NCBI GenBank assembly: GCA_965603825.1
Contig: CBFDEM010000011.1
Location: 496,001-560,000 of the forward strand
DNA: 64,000 bases
Source: Blepharisma stoltei ATCC 30299
Lineage: Eukaryota > Protista > Ciliophora
Reading direction: 5' to 3'
Shown here: positions 46,041 through 58,728 of the stretch, piece after piece
Layout of the letters: each line of letters starts with the position of its first letter
Numbering within the stretch: the stretch's first letter is position 1
Made by a program: the position numbers and the translations under genes
Notes under the pieces: generated by a model
What the model was told of the DNA's origin: nothing
Databases searched by the model: none
Seen by the model: only the letters and a program-made list of their open reading frames with translations

Positions 46041-47770
46041 AGAATGAATCCTTTTGATAAATTCAGCTCAATCAATCTGGCTTCTGACGGAAAATTTCAG
46101 GGAGCAATATTTGGAATAGAGAAATTTATAAAAAATTAAGCGAGAAAACCTAGATGTGAAGAAGCCATCGAAAAGCTTAAAAAGTGTTAGAGGTCAGTCT
46201 AAACTTTAGCAATCGGATATTTACTGAGAAAAAATAAAATATAAATTGCAATTTTTAATAAAAATCTCGTTATACAATTTGTAATGCTCTTGCAATTGCA
46301 TCTTTAACGCAATTATTATGAAAGCTATTAAGCACCAACCTTTCTTCCTTTCCTTTAGAGCTTTTGATAATAAGCATTTTTGACTGTTTTAAAGATAATT
46401 TTTTGGCTTCCACTTGTTCTTCGAATGTTTTATGATTTATTATTTGTATTTGAATTTTATCATATAATTGATAAGCTGTATCATGATATAATAATGGATT
46501 ATAGCCTGGTTCTTTATATTTCCATTTGGAAGGGCAATATTTGTTTCTAGACCATCATAAATGCATTTCCCATCACTTGTATCGATATTTGTTTTTTACT
46601 CTTGGCTTTGAGTTTTTTGTTTTCAGCTTCTTTTTGCTCTTCATCGGCTTTTTTATCTGACAAAGGTCATTTTGACAGATAATATAAGATGATGCCATTT
46701 ACAAAGTATAAATAATTTAAATTTTAAAAATACAGGATCTCAATCTATGGGCTCTAAATTAAGATTAGACACAAAAAATCACGAAAGACTTACTTTCACC
46801 TCAAGATTGAAGAAAACTTCACACCCTCTATAATGTGTCTTAGCACGATTATTTTCTAGTTTATTAAAATCATCAATTTTAGTTCAACTTGAATTTATTC
46901 ATATAGATTATAAGCCGTTTCATGATATAATAAATATTTATTTACCTTTATATAACAAGCAAAATATTTTAAATCTTTAAATAGTTTTTTTCTCTCTTGA
47001 CTTTGGGTTTTTATTTTCAGCTTATTTAGAATAGCTATTAGATAATAGTTTGTTAGATAATTAGATGCTTGGTTGAACTGAACCACCAGTTCAGCTAGGC
47101 CTTGAAATCAGGTTTGCATTTCTCAAGGTTACACTACCTGTCTGCCAAATCCCGGATATTTTGGGGTCTTCGCTTCGTCAAGCAGAGCTTACTCCAGGAT
47201 TGAGCCATCGAAATGACCTCATAGCATTTAGAAGGTGGGACAAAAACACCCAGCGGTGAAAAACCCAGCGGCTGCTCGACTTTCTACGGATTTAGCATGG
47301 ACTTCTCTTCGCCATCCCACAGACAATTTAGGCGACCTTTTTCCGGGTCCACAACCTTACCCATGATCTCTAACAGGTCGCTAATCTCGCTACCAGACTG
47401 TTTTCGGGCTCTCTTTGTGACTCTAGCATTTTTTCTCCAGCCATAGCCTATAATTCACCTTGTCATTTTAATTGTGAATAGCTAGAATAGCTAATTCATC
47501 TTTTGAAAAAGGTTTTTTGACTGTTTCTATAAGAAGAAGCCATTTACAAAATAAAAATTATTTAAATCTTAACGATCATAAGACTTATATAAAATATGTT
47601 CTAGAACTCTTAACCAGCACGTAATAAATCAGAATAATCTACTTATTTTCACAATAATTGATATATAATTCTTTATTAAGCAGCACCCATCCCTAACTCT
47701 CCTTTATTTTCACAATGCGTTTTAACCCATCCTAATTATTTGTTTAGAATTTTAGATACGTTATTCTTCA

Positions 47771-48667
47771 ATGAAGATGGAAAACCCAGACTACAATTCT
47801 GATAGTCAGAGCACCTTCGAAGAAGGCTCAAAAAAGTCGCTAACTCGGAACAAACGACTCTGGACAGCTCAAGAAGATGAAAAGCTTCGCGAGCTTGTGA
47901 AAACTCACGGCGCTAAGAATTGAAAAGCCATTGCTCGGTACTTTGATGGCCGCACAGACGTCCAATGCTTGCACAGGTGGCAGAAGGTCCTCAATCCAGA
48001 TCTGGTAAAAGGCCCTTGGACCAAAGAAGAGGACGAGATCGTTGTAAGGCTCGTAAAAAAGTACGGGCCCAGGTATTGGAGCACAATTGCCAGCAACCTG
48101 CCAGGGAGGATTGGCAAACAGTGCAGAGAGAGGTGGCACAACCACTTGAACCCCAATATAAAGCGTGACGAATGGACCACAGAAGAAGACATCGCCATAA
48201 TCCAAGCACACAAGGAGCTGGGAAACCGTTGGGCTGAAATTGCAAAGAGGCTGCCAGGCCGAACTGACAATGCGATCAAGAACCACTGGAACTCCACGCT
48301 CAAGCGCAAAATCAAGCTGTCCAAGAAAGAGTTTTTGGCCGAGGCCGCGAATCCAGCCAAGAAGAAGACAAGCCCTGACGACCCACTGACGGCCTTTTTA
48401 AAGCTCCAAATGGAAGAAAATGGCCTGAAGCGTGAGGCTGTGCAGGCTGAAGAAAAAGAAGAACAGCCAGTGGCGATGACTCCTGAGCCGAGGGAGGCAG
48501 AAATCTCTTATGAGATGTGGACTCCTGAAAAGCAGCCAGTTCAAGTGCTATACTACGTGTCACCTGATTATCGAGACATGACAGTTAATCATTCGATTAC
48601 CTCGAGGACGATCATTCAGAGCATTGAAGAGCAAGCTAAATGCTTGGATTCCTGCTCAACTAGGTAA
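47771..48667 (+). CDS. 3R-MYB transcription factor
   Basis: [15 protein letters not shown](TGA 47921)-[59 protein letters not shown]. Confidence 0.95.
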
Positions 48668-48746
48668 CAAGTTAAGCATTTGCAAGTAAATTAAATCGTA
48701 ATTTACAAGAGTCATTAAATGTTTCTCGTAAAAATATTTGCAAGTA

Positions 48747-49493
48747 ATGAACGAGGGGTCAAAACTGCTGCAGAGGTCGCTCCAGGCCAAGTTTACCATG
48801 TGGGTAATCTCATTTATCATTCTCTGTGACATCATAGCGATGCTGGTAGCTTCTTACAAGCTTGGGATCCATGATAAGATTGAACCCATTCAGATTGTAT
48901 AAGATATACAGGCAATTTGGAATTTTCTGCTGCAAATTTTTGGCCTTTATGCTGTATTTACGAGGTATAAAACCAGGATTTTGTTCTTCGTGATGCTGTA
49001 AGTGATATATAGCTCAATGTCGTATGCCATTGTTCTTATCATAAGGGAAGGATTAGATGATCTTCAGTACATTCGTCATCCTGATACTGTAGAAAATGAC
49101 CATTTTGCTATCAGACTTTTGAGGATTTCTTTAGCACTACTGGTTGCGCTCTCAGGGATGCTGGGATATATTGTGAGGGACTCAAGCTTGGTCGCTGATA
49201 ATGCGCATTTGAACCAGCTGAACCAAGGAGGAATTGAGAAAGTGGAAGCAATCCAAAAGCAAATCATTTATGAAGACTCAGACAAAAACCCAAAGATGTA
49301 TAAGGCGCCGATTTGCTCGAACTGTAAGGCAAATAATCCGCAGGTGAAGGAGAGAAGAGTAACGATAACAGAAAATTCTGAAAAATGCGAATTCTGTGGA
49401 CAAGATATAAAGGAAGAGAAATCGTATCAGTATATAGATGAGTGGTTTGCTACACCTATTGCTTCAGTCCACTCGAATGATGTGAATGCTTAG
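48747..49493 (+). CDS. Small multi-pass membrane protein with C-terminal CxxC..CxxC zinc ribbon; two tiny introns
   Basis: ATG 48747; removing the 15-nt introns at 48897-48911 and 48998-49012 gives a continuous frame with about 4 TM segments, then CSNC...CEFC. Confidence 0.75.
48897..48911 (+). other. 15-nt spliceosomal intron
   Basis: GTATAAGATATACAG, containing an in-frame TAA. Confidence 0.8.
48998..49012 (+). other. 15-nt spliceosomal intron
   Basis: GTAAGTGATATATAG, containing an in-frame TAA. Confidence 0.8.
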
Positions 49494-49815
49494 CTTGAAT
49501 TAATATAATACAAATTGAGAATTTGAATTTATATGGGCGTTTGGACTGATTTTTAAATTTAATTTATTGATTGAGATCTAGCATGGACTCTCCTAAAATA
49601 TATTTCCTAAGCTAGCCCAGTTTGCAGACAATTGATGTAATAATATTAATTTTCATGTTAAGCATCAATTTGCTAATTTTTCTTAGTGAAATCATGCTAG
49701 TACTTCTGAAAAATCGCAGGAAGATGATTAAGGTCTTAGAATTGGTTCGAATTTACAATAACGCTGTAATGCAGTTTAATTTATTTTTTCTGATCATTAA
49801 TTTTCTAACAAAATT

Positions 49816-50436
49816 ATGAATAGTGTTTATCACTTATATAACGCTGAGGCAAAAAGAAACAAAGAAAATAAGTTGAGGATGATAGCTGATGTGATTGAAT
49901 CTGATAGAGAGCCTTACAAGCAACCCAGCAGAAGTGCTTATCTAGAAGGAGACGATGTCTACACAGAAGACAAAGACCTTAAATCAGACGGTGATGCTCG
50001 ATCAGAGCCCTCGTCCGCGAAAACTAAACAAATTACAAATATCAACGACCCCTTGATCCAGACAACTCCTCTTTCTGTATCTTTTACTTAGAAACCTGAG
50101 CCTTTATTTAAAAGAAAAATGGTGTCTATAATACAAAATAATTCTGACACCAAAGAGAGAATTTCAGGTTCCCCACAAGACTGCAATGGGGAATGCCTTT
50201 CAAGAGTCATCAGCAAGATGAGCGAGTTTTTACTGCTAAAAGTAATGGCAAAGTAGTTCCAAGAAACACTAAATATTGAAAAAACAGTTATGTCAGAGCT
50301 GATAAGCAATGGCATCAGTAAAGATGACTTACTTTTAAAGCTTACCAATAAGGCAGAGGAGTTGAATAGAGAAAACGCCATTTTAAAGCTTGAAAATAAG
50401 GGATTAAAAAGTATGCTGGACTCTTGGCATAAGTAA
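49816..50436 (+). CDS. Hypothetical protein with C-terminal coiled coil; one 15-nt intron
   Basis: The intron GTATCTTTTACTTAG at 50077-50091 removes the TAG, and the frame continues to TAA at 50434-50436. Confidence 0.75.
50077..50091 (+). other. 15-nt spliceosomal intron
   Basis: GTATCTTTTACTTAG, with A at position 10. Confidence 0.8.
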
Positions 50437-50565
50437 AATAATTCTGAAATGTCTAGAAGCCAGAATGTAAGCCCGCATTTTCACTTCATAATAAATCTCA
50501 ATGGTTCACGTTTTATCCATTTATGCATGATTTCTATTAATTTTTGGAATTTCTATTATTTAAGC

Positions 50566-51081
50566 TTAGCTTCTGTCCCGAATGCAGTTCAGAAGTTTCT
50601 CAGTAGGCTCCCATTGGCACTGTCCTCTAATAAACGAACAATTTCCGAATTCTGAGTAGCAGGAATACGAGTCTTTCCATTCACATGTAGAAGTGCCATC
50701 TTCGTGAGAACCGACACAGAGCTGTCCAGAGCAGCCTGCAACTATGCAATCTTGCTGAGGCATCTGAAATTCGCAGTGATTGTTTCGACATATGTAAAAT
50801 GGACAAGGAGCTCTAATGCAATTGAGCACTGGACAGTCTTGGTCTATTATGCATTCTTCTTTTGGCATATTTAGTATGCAGTGCTCGTTTCGGCATACGT
50901 AGGTCGGGCACGGAGCTCTGATGCAGTTTATCACTGGACAGTCCTGGTCGACGCTGCAATTATTTTGAAACTCATTTGTTTGACGATCGTAGACTGGCTC
51001 TTCTGACGGGTTGTTAGCGGGTGGAATGGTGTATGCTTGGACTGATAAGGTTAAAAATATCGCCACAAGGATTTTATTCAT
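50566..51081 (-). CDS. Secreted Cys-rich protein: two CIRAPC repeats + eight-cysteine-cluster-like domain
   Basis: Signal peptide MNKILVAIFLTLSVQA, two C..DQDCPV.NCIRAPCP.Y.CRN.HC repeats, then GCSGQLC..STCEW..SYSCY..C..GQCQW. Confidence 0.85.
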   Translation of the reverse strand: MNKILVAIFLTLSVQAYTIPPANNPSEEPVYDRQTNEFQNNCSVDQDCPVINCIRAPCPTYVCRNEHCILNMPKEECIIDQDCPVLNCIRAPCPFYICRNNHCEFQMPQQDCIVAGCSGQLCVGSHEDGTSTCEWKDSYSCYSEFGNCSFIRGQCQWEPTEKLLNCIRDRS

Positions 51082-51886
51082 TATTAGACTTGCCCATTTT
51101 CAATTGAAATCTTATGCTTATAGAGAGCCAATGCTATTTTGCCTTGATATTAAAATTTTGATATATTTATAAAGCTATATAGATTACTGTTAAGAAGTCA
51201 GCAGGTTTGAGGTGCTAACACTTATTTTTAAAAAATATTTAGGGGCATTTCATGTGCACAATGCCTAATAATGTAGAACAAATAATTAAAATTAGAATTA
51301 TTATTTAATTATAAACAATTTCTATTGAAATTTTATTAGCTATAAAAATATAAATCCTATCTAAAATCTTTGATCGGTACAATGCGATCAGCTGTTACAA
51401 AATTTAATAATATTTAAATATACTATGAATAGCGGACCGTATTATCAGCCTAAAGTCTAAAGGATAATTTTAGTAAACGTAAAAGCAACCGCATTTCAGC
51501 TTATCTAGATAATTTTCATAAAGAAATTGTGATTTTAAAGCTTTAAAATAGAAATTTTGTAGTTTTAGTTAATAATCTGTACTTTAATCATACAGGGAAA
51601 ATTCTCATCACACACCTGCTTGGTTTTAAATGAACTTATTGATACCTTAAGATAGCTAAGGACAAGCTTGTTAAAATTTCAATTCATGAATTTTTATATT
51701 AATGAATCTTTGCATATGAACTTTTTTCACATTGTTGCATAAACCAGAGAGAAAAAGCCCAACTGAGGTTCGTCTAGAGCCAAAACCCTCTACATTTGAT
51801 CGAGAAAACTAAAAAATCAAAGAAATAATAAAACTGCCCTAACTAAGCATCATACTTTCTGCTTATAAGTAATTTTATAATTTAAT

Positions 51887-54730
51887 ATGGAAGCATCTTC
51901 ATCAACTGTTCCTACAGTAAAGCTCCAGTCCTTGCTTGCGAAGGTCAAAGAACCTCTCAGTCAGGTGAACCTCGAAGTAGAAGTCTTTGGACTCTTTTCT
52001 CTTCCCGATGTCTGGAAACCTGCAGATCAAGAACTCGTCGAATACACTTATCAAGTAACTGTAGCCGGCATCCAAATTTCAAACGGCAAGACCAGACGCA
52101 GAGAACTCACCGAAGAAGAGATCAAGGCCGCTGAAGAAGCCAAAACCAAAAAAAAAGAGCCTCCAAAGAAGAAAGGCCAAGACGAGCCTACCCCTGAAGA
52201 GCTCGAAGAATTAGAAAGGCAGAGAAAGATAAAAGAAGAAGAAAAGCGCAGAAAAGAAGAAGAATGAAACAAACTAGATGAAGAAACCAAGTTTTATAGA
52301 ACTTGTGAAGATATTTATAAAAGCCCTTGTGTGGCTTGGGAAATAGAGAACCATGAAGATCCGAGACATATTAAGAGCTACCCAGTTTCAGCAGTCAAGG
52401 AAAATGATGAACTTGTGGAGCTAGAAGAATTCGTAGAGATCGATGAAGGCTGTTGGCTTGAATTTGGCCGCCTTCCAAAAGTCAATGAAGAAGATACCAA
52501 AAAGAAGCCAGCTAAAGGAAAAGCAGCTCTTGAAGAAGCAAAACCTACATTTGCCCGGGCTTGGATTAACCTGAAAGGACTCCAAGAAATCGGAAGTAAT
52601 GAGCTTTATCTTCGTCCAAAGCTTCAAGATCCTGAAGGAGCTGAAATTCCATTCTTTACAGAGGCAAATTCAACTTATATTTACTTAAGAATTAAGGTAG
52701 ATCCTCCAATCACTCCTCTATCTGCTGCTGAGCCAAGCCCAGCTCCTCAAGACCTAATCCCTCCAAAGCCGCCAGTTCCCAAATTCCTCCCATCCAAAGA
52801 TGCAACCCATGACTTCCGGCGACAAATAAAGCTTGCCACAAAAGCCATCGCTGCCGAATATCATCACATGTTTTCTGACCAGCTCGGTGACAACAACCAG
52901 CGCAAGCTAGCAGTTGCGCGTCAAAAAGAGCTCCGAGAGTCCCGCAAAGAAACTTTTCTCTACGATTTCAACTTATCAGGAAAAGCCCAAATCCTGAAAA
53001 CCAAGCTTAAAAAAAGCATTGTAAAAATCGCCAGAGAAAAATTCAAAAAAGTGATGAGCCTTAAAGGGCTAAGTTTTACTGATAAAGACAGGTTTTTCTC
53101 TGAATTATATGCATATTTGACTGACCAAATGCAATTAACTGTAGATGAGGTGATTAGCGAAAATAAAAACCAGCTGCATGAAGATATTGTGATTCCTAGA
53201 GAACTCGTAGCAAGAGAAAAAGAGACACTTTTAGCAACCACTATGCATGAGACTACAGATGAAAGGCTAAACAGACTTGCCTTTGAAAGCGAAATTAATA
53301 GGCTGATTGAGAGAGCCAGCACTTATCATAAAGAAAGAGCATGCAGGGATCAGAGGAATATTTCGATTTGGATGGACTATTCAAGGTTTTGTCTGAGGAA
53401 TGGAGATATTGCAAGAGGAGAAGAAGCGCTGAGAGAAGTAATTTCAATATCAGGAAATGATGCATCTATTGACCATATAATACTGCTTGGAGCCTTGTAT
53501 CTTCAAAGGAGAAGGTTCCATGAAGCTGCTTTATTACTGCATGGAGCATTAGATAAAGATTTTTACCATGTCATTGCTAACCTCATTACTTCTCTTATGT
53601 ATAAACTCTCTGATAAGCCAGGTCTTGAAAAGAAATACTCAGCAATTGCAAAGAGGCTTTGCATGAGACATCTAGGTCTTCTCCCCAAAAAAGGAAGCAA
53701 GTCAGGTGTAAACCCAAGCTTAGAAGGCACTAGCTTTAGGGTAGAAACAGCCCCAGGCGAGTATACTAAGAACTTGACTGTTGCCCAAGTTGACGATATG
53801 TATTATGTCCTCGTCGACTACTGTCTAAAAGAAAAACTAATTGAGCTTGCAAGTAGAGCATTAGAAGAAATCACTGACAAAGAAAGCTCAATAGCAAGGT
53901 TTACCTTCTGCAATGCCCAAATCCTCTTTTGGAAAGGAGAGTACCAAGAATGCTCAGAAGTTCTTTCACAGCTGCTCCAATTCGAGCCAAGACACGAGCA
54001 AGGCTGGATCTTGCGTGGGCATGCCCTTTTCTATTTGAATTCTGCCTTTGACGCTGAAGAAAGCTACCTAAAAGCAATCAGATATTCCTCAAAAGCTCCA
54101 AAGGCATTCATTAAAGCAAATGCATATGGAGAATCCCTTATTTTATTAAGACTTGGACAAATTTATATAAAGCGAAGGGCATGGAGTGACGCTAAAATTG
54201 TGTTCTCCAGATGCTGTGAAGAGACAGCCACCGCTTTATCTTGGGAAGGTCTAGGTCTTGCCTGTCTTCACCTAGGAGAACTAAATGAAGCTGAAGACGC
54301 CTTAACCCAAGCAAATATGATGAATGATAAAAACGCTTATACATGGGCTGCTTTAGCTTTATTATGCCTCAAAAGGAGTGAATTCCCTCCAGGACGTTAT
54401 GTCCAGTTCAGACAGTGCTTAAAAGAAGCTTTTGAGCTGAAGCTAGACGACTCTTATTTATTAATGAATATCGGCCATGAGTACGTCAAAAAGTTTTATT
54501 TAGACGGATCAGGAACTCATGCCCAGAAACTTGACCACAGTGAACCTCTGATGTGCTACCAAAGAGCATGCGAAATTCTAAAGCAGCAAAACAAGCCTAT
54601 AGATGACTTGCGGAGAACAATTGCTGACGCTTTTGACTCTTTGAAAACTAGGGGCAATAATAAGCTGGACGTAAAACTGATTGATTCAATTCAGAGATCA
54701 AAAGAAGAAGTTTTAAGTAATATAAAGTAG
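51887..54730 (+). CDS. TPR protein, CFAP70 (TTC18)-like
   Basis: Joined by TGA=W at 52265. Central FLYDFNLSGK..ILK.KLKKSIVKIAREKF...SELYAYL segment, followed by multiple TPRs. Confidence 0.75.
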
Positions 54731-54758
54731 ATAGAATATGAAATAATAATCAAAGAAA

Positions 54759-55457
54759 ATGATGATTTTGAAGAGAGCAAATAGGGCTGCTTTTTGCTTA
54801 TCATCGTCTTTCAAGTGATTTAGTATATATAACCCTAGCACCTCCAATATTATTGAAACTTTTGAGAATATGATCAAGCAGCAAAGATTTCAAGATGTGG
54901 CAGACAGGTTTAAAGAGCTCTCAAGGCATGAAAAAGTACTTATTCAAAGCCTTTTTCAGTTAATTTGCAAAGATGTATTCAAGAATAAGGAAAAGTGGGA
55001 TATAAATGCTATTGCTGATATCGCAAACACAATTTCCCTTACAGAACATTTAAACTCAGCCGAGAAGTTTTATCCAGTGCTGCATGAGAGATTTGAGGAG
55101 CTAAATGACGATAGTCTCGTAAAGCTTATACATTTGTTGACAAAAATCCCAGAAAACGGGAAAAAATTCCATCGTCTTTATTATCAAAAAATTGTACCGC
55201 TGCTTACCAATCAGAAGAACAATCCCAAGTCATTTTCAGTCGCTTTGATAGCGTTTTTGCATTTGTATGATACTTATACACAAGCTCAAATAGACTGTAT
55301 ATGCCGTATGGTTTCTCATTACAGGTGGTCATTAGTTCCGAAGCATTGTGTGAATATTCTAACATATTCGAAGCCTCCATTACAGAGCAGATTGATGGAA
55401 GTTTTAATGGAAAATATTAGCTTCTATGCAAAATATGATCTTTTAATTACAAATTAA
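54759..55457 (+). CDS. Hypothetical helical protein, possible mitochondrial presequence
   Basis: ATG 54759 (MMILKRANRAAFCLSSSFK-W-FS) is in frame with ORF 54870..55457. Confidence 0.65.
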
Positions 55458-55972
55458 GCAACTTTCTCCTCTTATAACATTTTATTTAAATTTTCCCCAT
55501 TATATCCTTCTGAGGAGCTCTCCCAAAAGGATGGCGAATATTATTTTATTTTTAAGCAGCTTATTGGAGAAAACAGCAAAAAATAGCCTAGGAATAATTA
55601 TTTGGAAAATATAAATTAAAGTAAAGCATATACCTGCGCTCCTGCATTCACTCATTTTTTCTTCATGTATTTCTCGTCTTTTCATTTAATACTGATAGAA
55701 GAAGATACTTTTAATAAAGCTAGCCTTTCTCAAAATCTCTAGACACCAGTTTTATTTTGTCTTATTCCTTAATATTAAATTCAACATTATTGCTTAATTG
55801 CTCAGCCGCTGACGACATTTTCCAAATTTCACCATCGATATTCTTAAAATATGTTAACCAGAATTTAAATTTATTCGCTAATTCTCTTTGTGCGTCTTTT
55901 CGATTTAAATTTTATGCCTGAGGAAAGCCATTTCTTTTTGACTTGGAACCAATTATATATTAAAATAAGCCA

Positions 55973-56818
55973 ATGTCATGGAATAGTGCTTTGGAGCGTG
56001 CAAGTGATCACTGGGATATGGGACTGCCCAACCTTGACTTTTCTGTCCCTTCTGATTTAGAAGAATTTGATTGTCCAAATGAAACGATAAGCTGCAGTTT
56101 TCAACTGAACCCTTTGGCTCTCTCGCCTGAGCCCATATATAATGAAGTAAGAGATGTCGAACTCTCCACCCAGTGCTCGCAGTCTCGCAGAGGAAAAACG
56201 GTCTGGACTCCAGAAGAGGATGAACTACTAAGCCAACTTACAAAAAAATACAAGAAGCGCTGGGACATTATCAGTAACTATTTTCCCGATAAAAATGCTC
56301 AGGCAGTCCAGCGAAGATGGGCAAATAAGCATGACCCGAACGTAATTAAAACTAGGTGGACGCCAGAGGAAGACGAGCTTATATTAAAATTGTATAAAAA
56401 CTACGGTGGAAACTGGAAAAAGATAACCGCTTGTTTAAAAGGCAGACCTGCTGATGCCGTGAAAAACAGGTTTTATGGAACCATCAAAAAAAAGATCCAG
56501 AAACAAAATGAGCCAGTCAACGAAAAGGCGTCTGATGTCGCAGCTCCGGATAAACCTGAGCCAGTGACTGAGAAAATTTGGAAGGAAGAACAGATTATTG
56601 ATAGTTTTCTTATAGAACCGAGCAAGGCCAAGGCCAAGCCTAAAGAAGAAGCGCTGTCGCTGGAAAAGCTTGCTGTTGCAGCGAAAGAAATGTCGGCGCT
56701 GTCAGAAGAAGAGAAGAGGCTAAAAATAAAGGACCTGTATGAGAAAATGATGACTCTTCAAGAGCACCTTAAGCATACCAAAGACCAAATCAAGAGCTTG
56801 GAGTTCAAGAAGATTTAG
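55973..56818 (+). CDS. R2R3-type Myb domain protein
   Basis: WTPEEDELL..KRWDIIS..VQRRW; KTRWTPEEDELI..GGNWKKI..GRPADAVKNRFY. Confidence 0.9.
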   Translation: MSWNSALERASDHWDMGLPNLDFSVPSDLEEFDCPNETISCSFQLNPLALSPEPIYNEVRDVELSTQCSQSRRGKTVWTPEEDELLSQLTKKYKKRWDIISNYFPDKNAQAVQRRWANKHDPNVIKTRWTPEEDELILKLYKNYGGNWKKITACLKGRPADAVKNRFYGTIKKKIQKQNEPVNEKASDVAAPDKPEPVTEKIWKEEQIIDSFLIEPSKAKAKPKEEALSLEKLAVAAKEMSALSEEEKRLKIKDLYEKMMTLQEHLKHTKDQIKSLEFKKI

Positions 56819-57302
56819 TTTGGTATGATTTATTCTTAACTAAATAGATGTTGAAATAGGCAATAAGTCGCAGGTAAAATTTTTTGAAACGAAAATCCTC
56901 ACTTTTTTTTGGGTATGGTTTTGCGGTAGTAGTGAGTCTAGGAGTTTCAGGATGTTAGGTGGGGTGGGAATATGTGGATAGCTCTATCATGCCTTATGAA
57001 AATTTGGCGCTTGAATAAAAGGCAGTGTAATTCATTTATATATTAGTAATTCAAAAAGCGTTTTAAAAATTTAAATATGCCATGAATTTAGGAGCCAAAA
57101 GCGATTTAGAAGTACTAATTTAAAGTAAATCATTTAAAATGTTAATTTGTTCTGTTTATAGATAAGAAAAGCATAACTTCTGTTTTGTAAACAAGTGCAG
57201 TTATAGCGCTTTTTAATATCTAGATATGATCTAGGTTGCGATTATCTTAATTCAGTTTATTTATAACCTTAGTGAGCAGGCTATCTCTGATTAATTTTTA
57301 AT

Positions 57303-58157
57303 TTAACAAATTTGTAATCCTCGACTTTTATTTGCTTTAATAGCAATTTCGACAAGCTTATCATTGACACTGAAATCTGTAAAAATGATATTCACCTTAT
57401 CCCATCACTCATTTTCAAGCCAATCCTCCAAATAAGGCCTCAAATAATTAGCTAAATACAGATTATGTGCAATCCTTTGTGTAGACAATATGCATTGAAA
57501 TAGCCTAAGCCGATTCGTCTCCCTACACATTTGTTTTTGTATAAACTTTTTTAAAATTTCCGGTCTATCAGTATTCGGCCACTCATCATAATGATTGATC
57601 GATTTCGCATACTCCCCATTCCCAAACCTCGCATCGCTGCTCAATACCACAATTCTCCTATTTGTTTTCAAATTTTCGCCTATCGTATTTTTAAGAAAAT
57701 CCTTCGTAATCACCATTTCTTTTATTTTTTCAAATCTCAAGTTCAGCTCTACATATGCGCTGTCAGTAAACTTTCTGAAGTGGCTGAAATCCAAAATGAT
57801 TATTTCCTTGTTGTGGAGGCTTAAAAAATTTTCTATAGATTCAAACAGATCGAGCACGCATACATCGCATACCCAACTTTCGTGAGAAAACTTAAAAGGG
57901 TCGTAAGAGTCTTTAGGAATGTATCTCAGTCGGCAGTCAAAGTATCGGATGCCTCGTTCTAGCTGCTCGTAGAAGTCAGCTGATTGGTTTCGGACCCATG
58001 GAGCAGCTATGCAGCATGAGTATCGGTAAGTTCCTGAATTGTGAGAGCCAGGGATTAAAATTTCGTGGAGACATTTGTCCTTGATATAGGGAATGCATTC
58101 TTCCATTCAGCTAGAAGTAGTCGGCTCCATTGAGGTGAACTCGAAGTTGATTTCCAT
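57303..58157 (-). CDS. PI-PLC X-domain-containing protein (PLCXD-like)
   Basis: S-W(TGA 58107)-M..ILIPGSHNSG, NQS..FYEQLERGIRYFDCR, FSH, EIIILDFSH and W(TGA 57405)DKVNIIFTDF. Confidence 0.88.
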
Positions 58158-58217
58158 TTATCTAATAGTGAAACCTTTCCGATTAATTTAAAATTCTTCT
58201 ATTATTTTATATGTTTA

Positions 58218-58463
58218 TTAGAGTTTCTGGTATTCCCCTGCTGCTGCTGCTTCTTCGCTTGCTTTTTTCTTTTTTTCAAGCTTTCTGGCTTCTTTTTCGC
58301 TGATATTTTTTTCAGCGAGAGCGATCATTGCTTTGATGTAGTCGTCTCGAAGGGATTCGTGTGTGGGAAGCGGGGGGTAGAGATAGCTTGGAGCTAGCAT
58401 AATTAAAATGAGGATAAGACCTATTAAGATTCCGTACCAAGGAGAATTGTCATCAGTTTCCAT
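58218..58463 (-). CDS. Small single-pass membrane protein
   Basis: 81-aa ORF with an N-terminal hydrophobic helix and a charged tail. Confidence 0.65.
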   Translation of the reverse strand: METDDNSPWYGILIGLILILIMLAPSYLYPPLPTHESLRDDYIKAMIALAEKNISEKEARKLEKKKKASEEAAAAGEYQKL

Positions 58464-58728
58464 TATTGATTTGGTAAAATTTAATAATTTAGAAAATAAA
58501 TAATTATTTCTTTTATATAAAGTTTTATAATAATTTTAAGAAATTTTGTATGCTTTTATTTATGTCAAAGCCTTTTTTTCTGAAAATTTAAAAAAATATT
58601 AACTACTTTGAAATTATTCTTAAGGCCATTTTCTATCTTAAAAATGTTTATCGCCCTTGCAGTCTTTTTCACTGGATATTTGATGTGGCTAAAATTAGTG
58701 GCCATAATTGCTTATAATAATTTTTGGC

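Noticed and set aside
46270-46700. Coding-like E/K-rich stretch on the minus strand
   Set aside because: Multiple in-frame TAA codons and no identifiable homology.
47215-47300. GAAAGTC on the minus strand as RNase P/MRP CR-I
   Set aside because: No complementary CR-V/P4 partner was found downstream.
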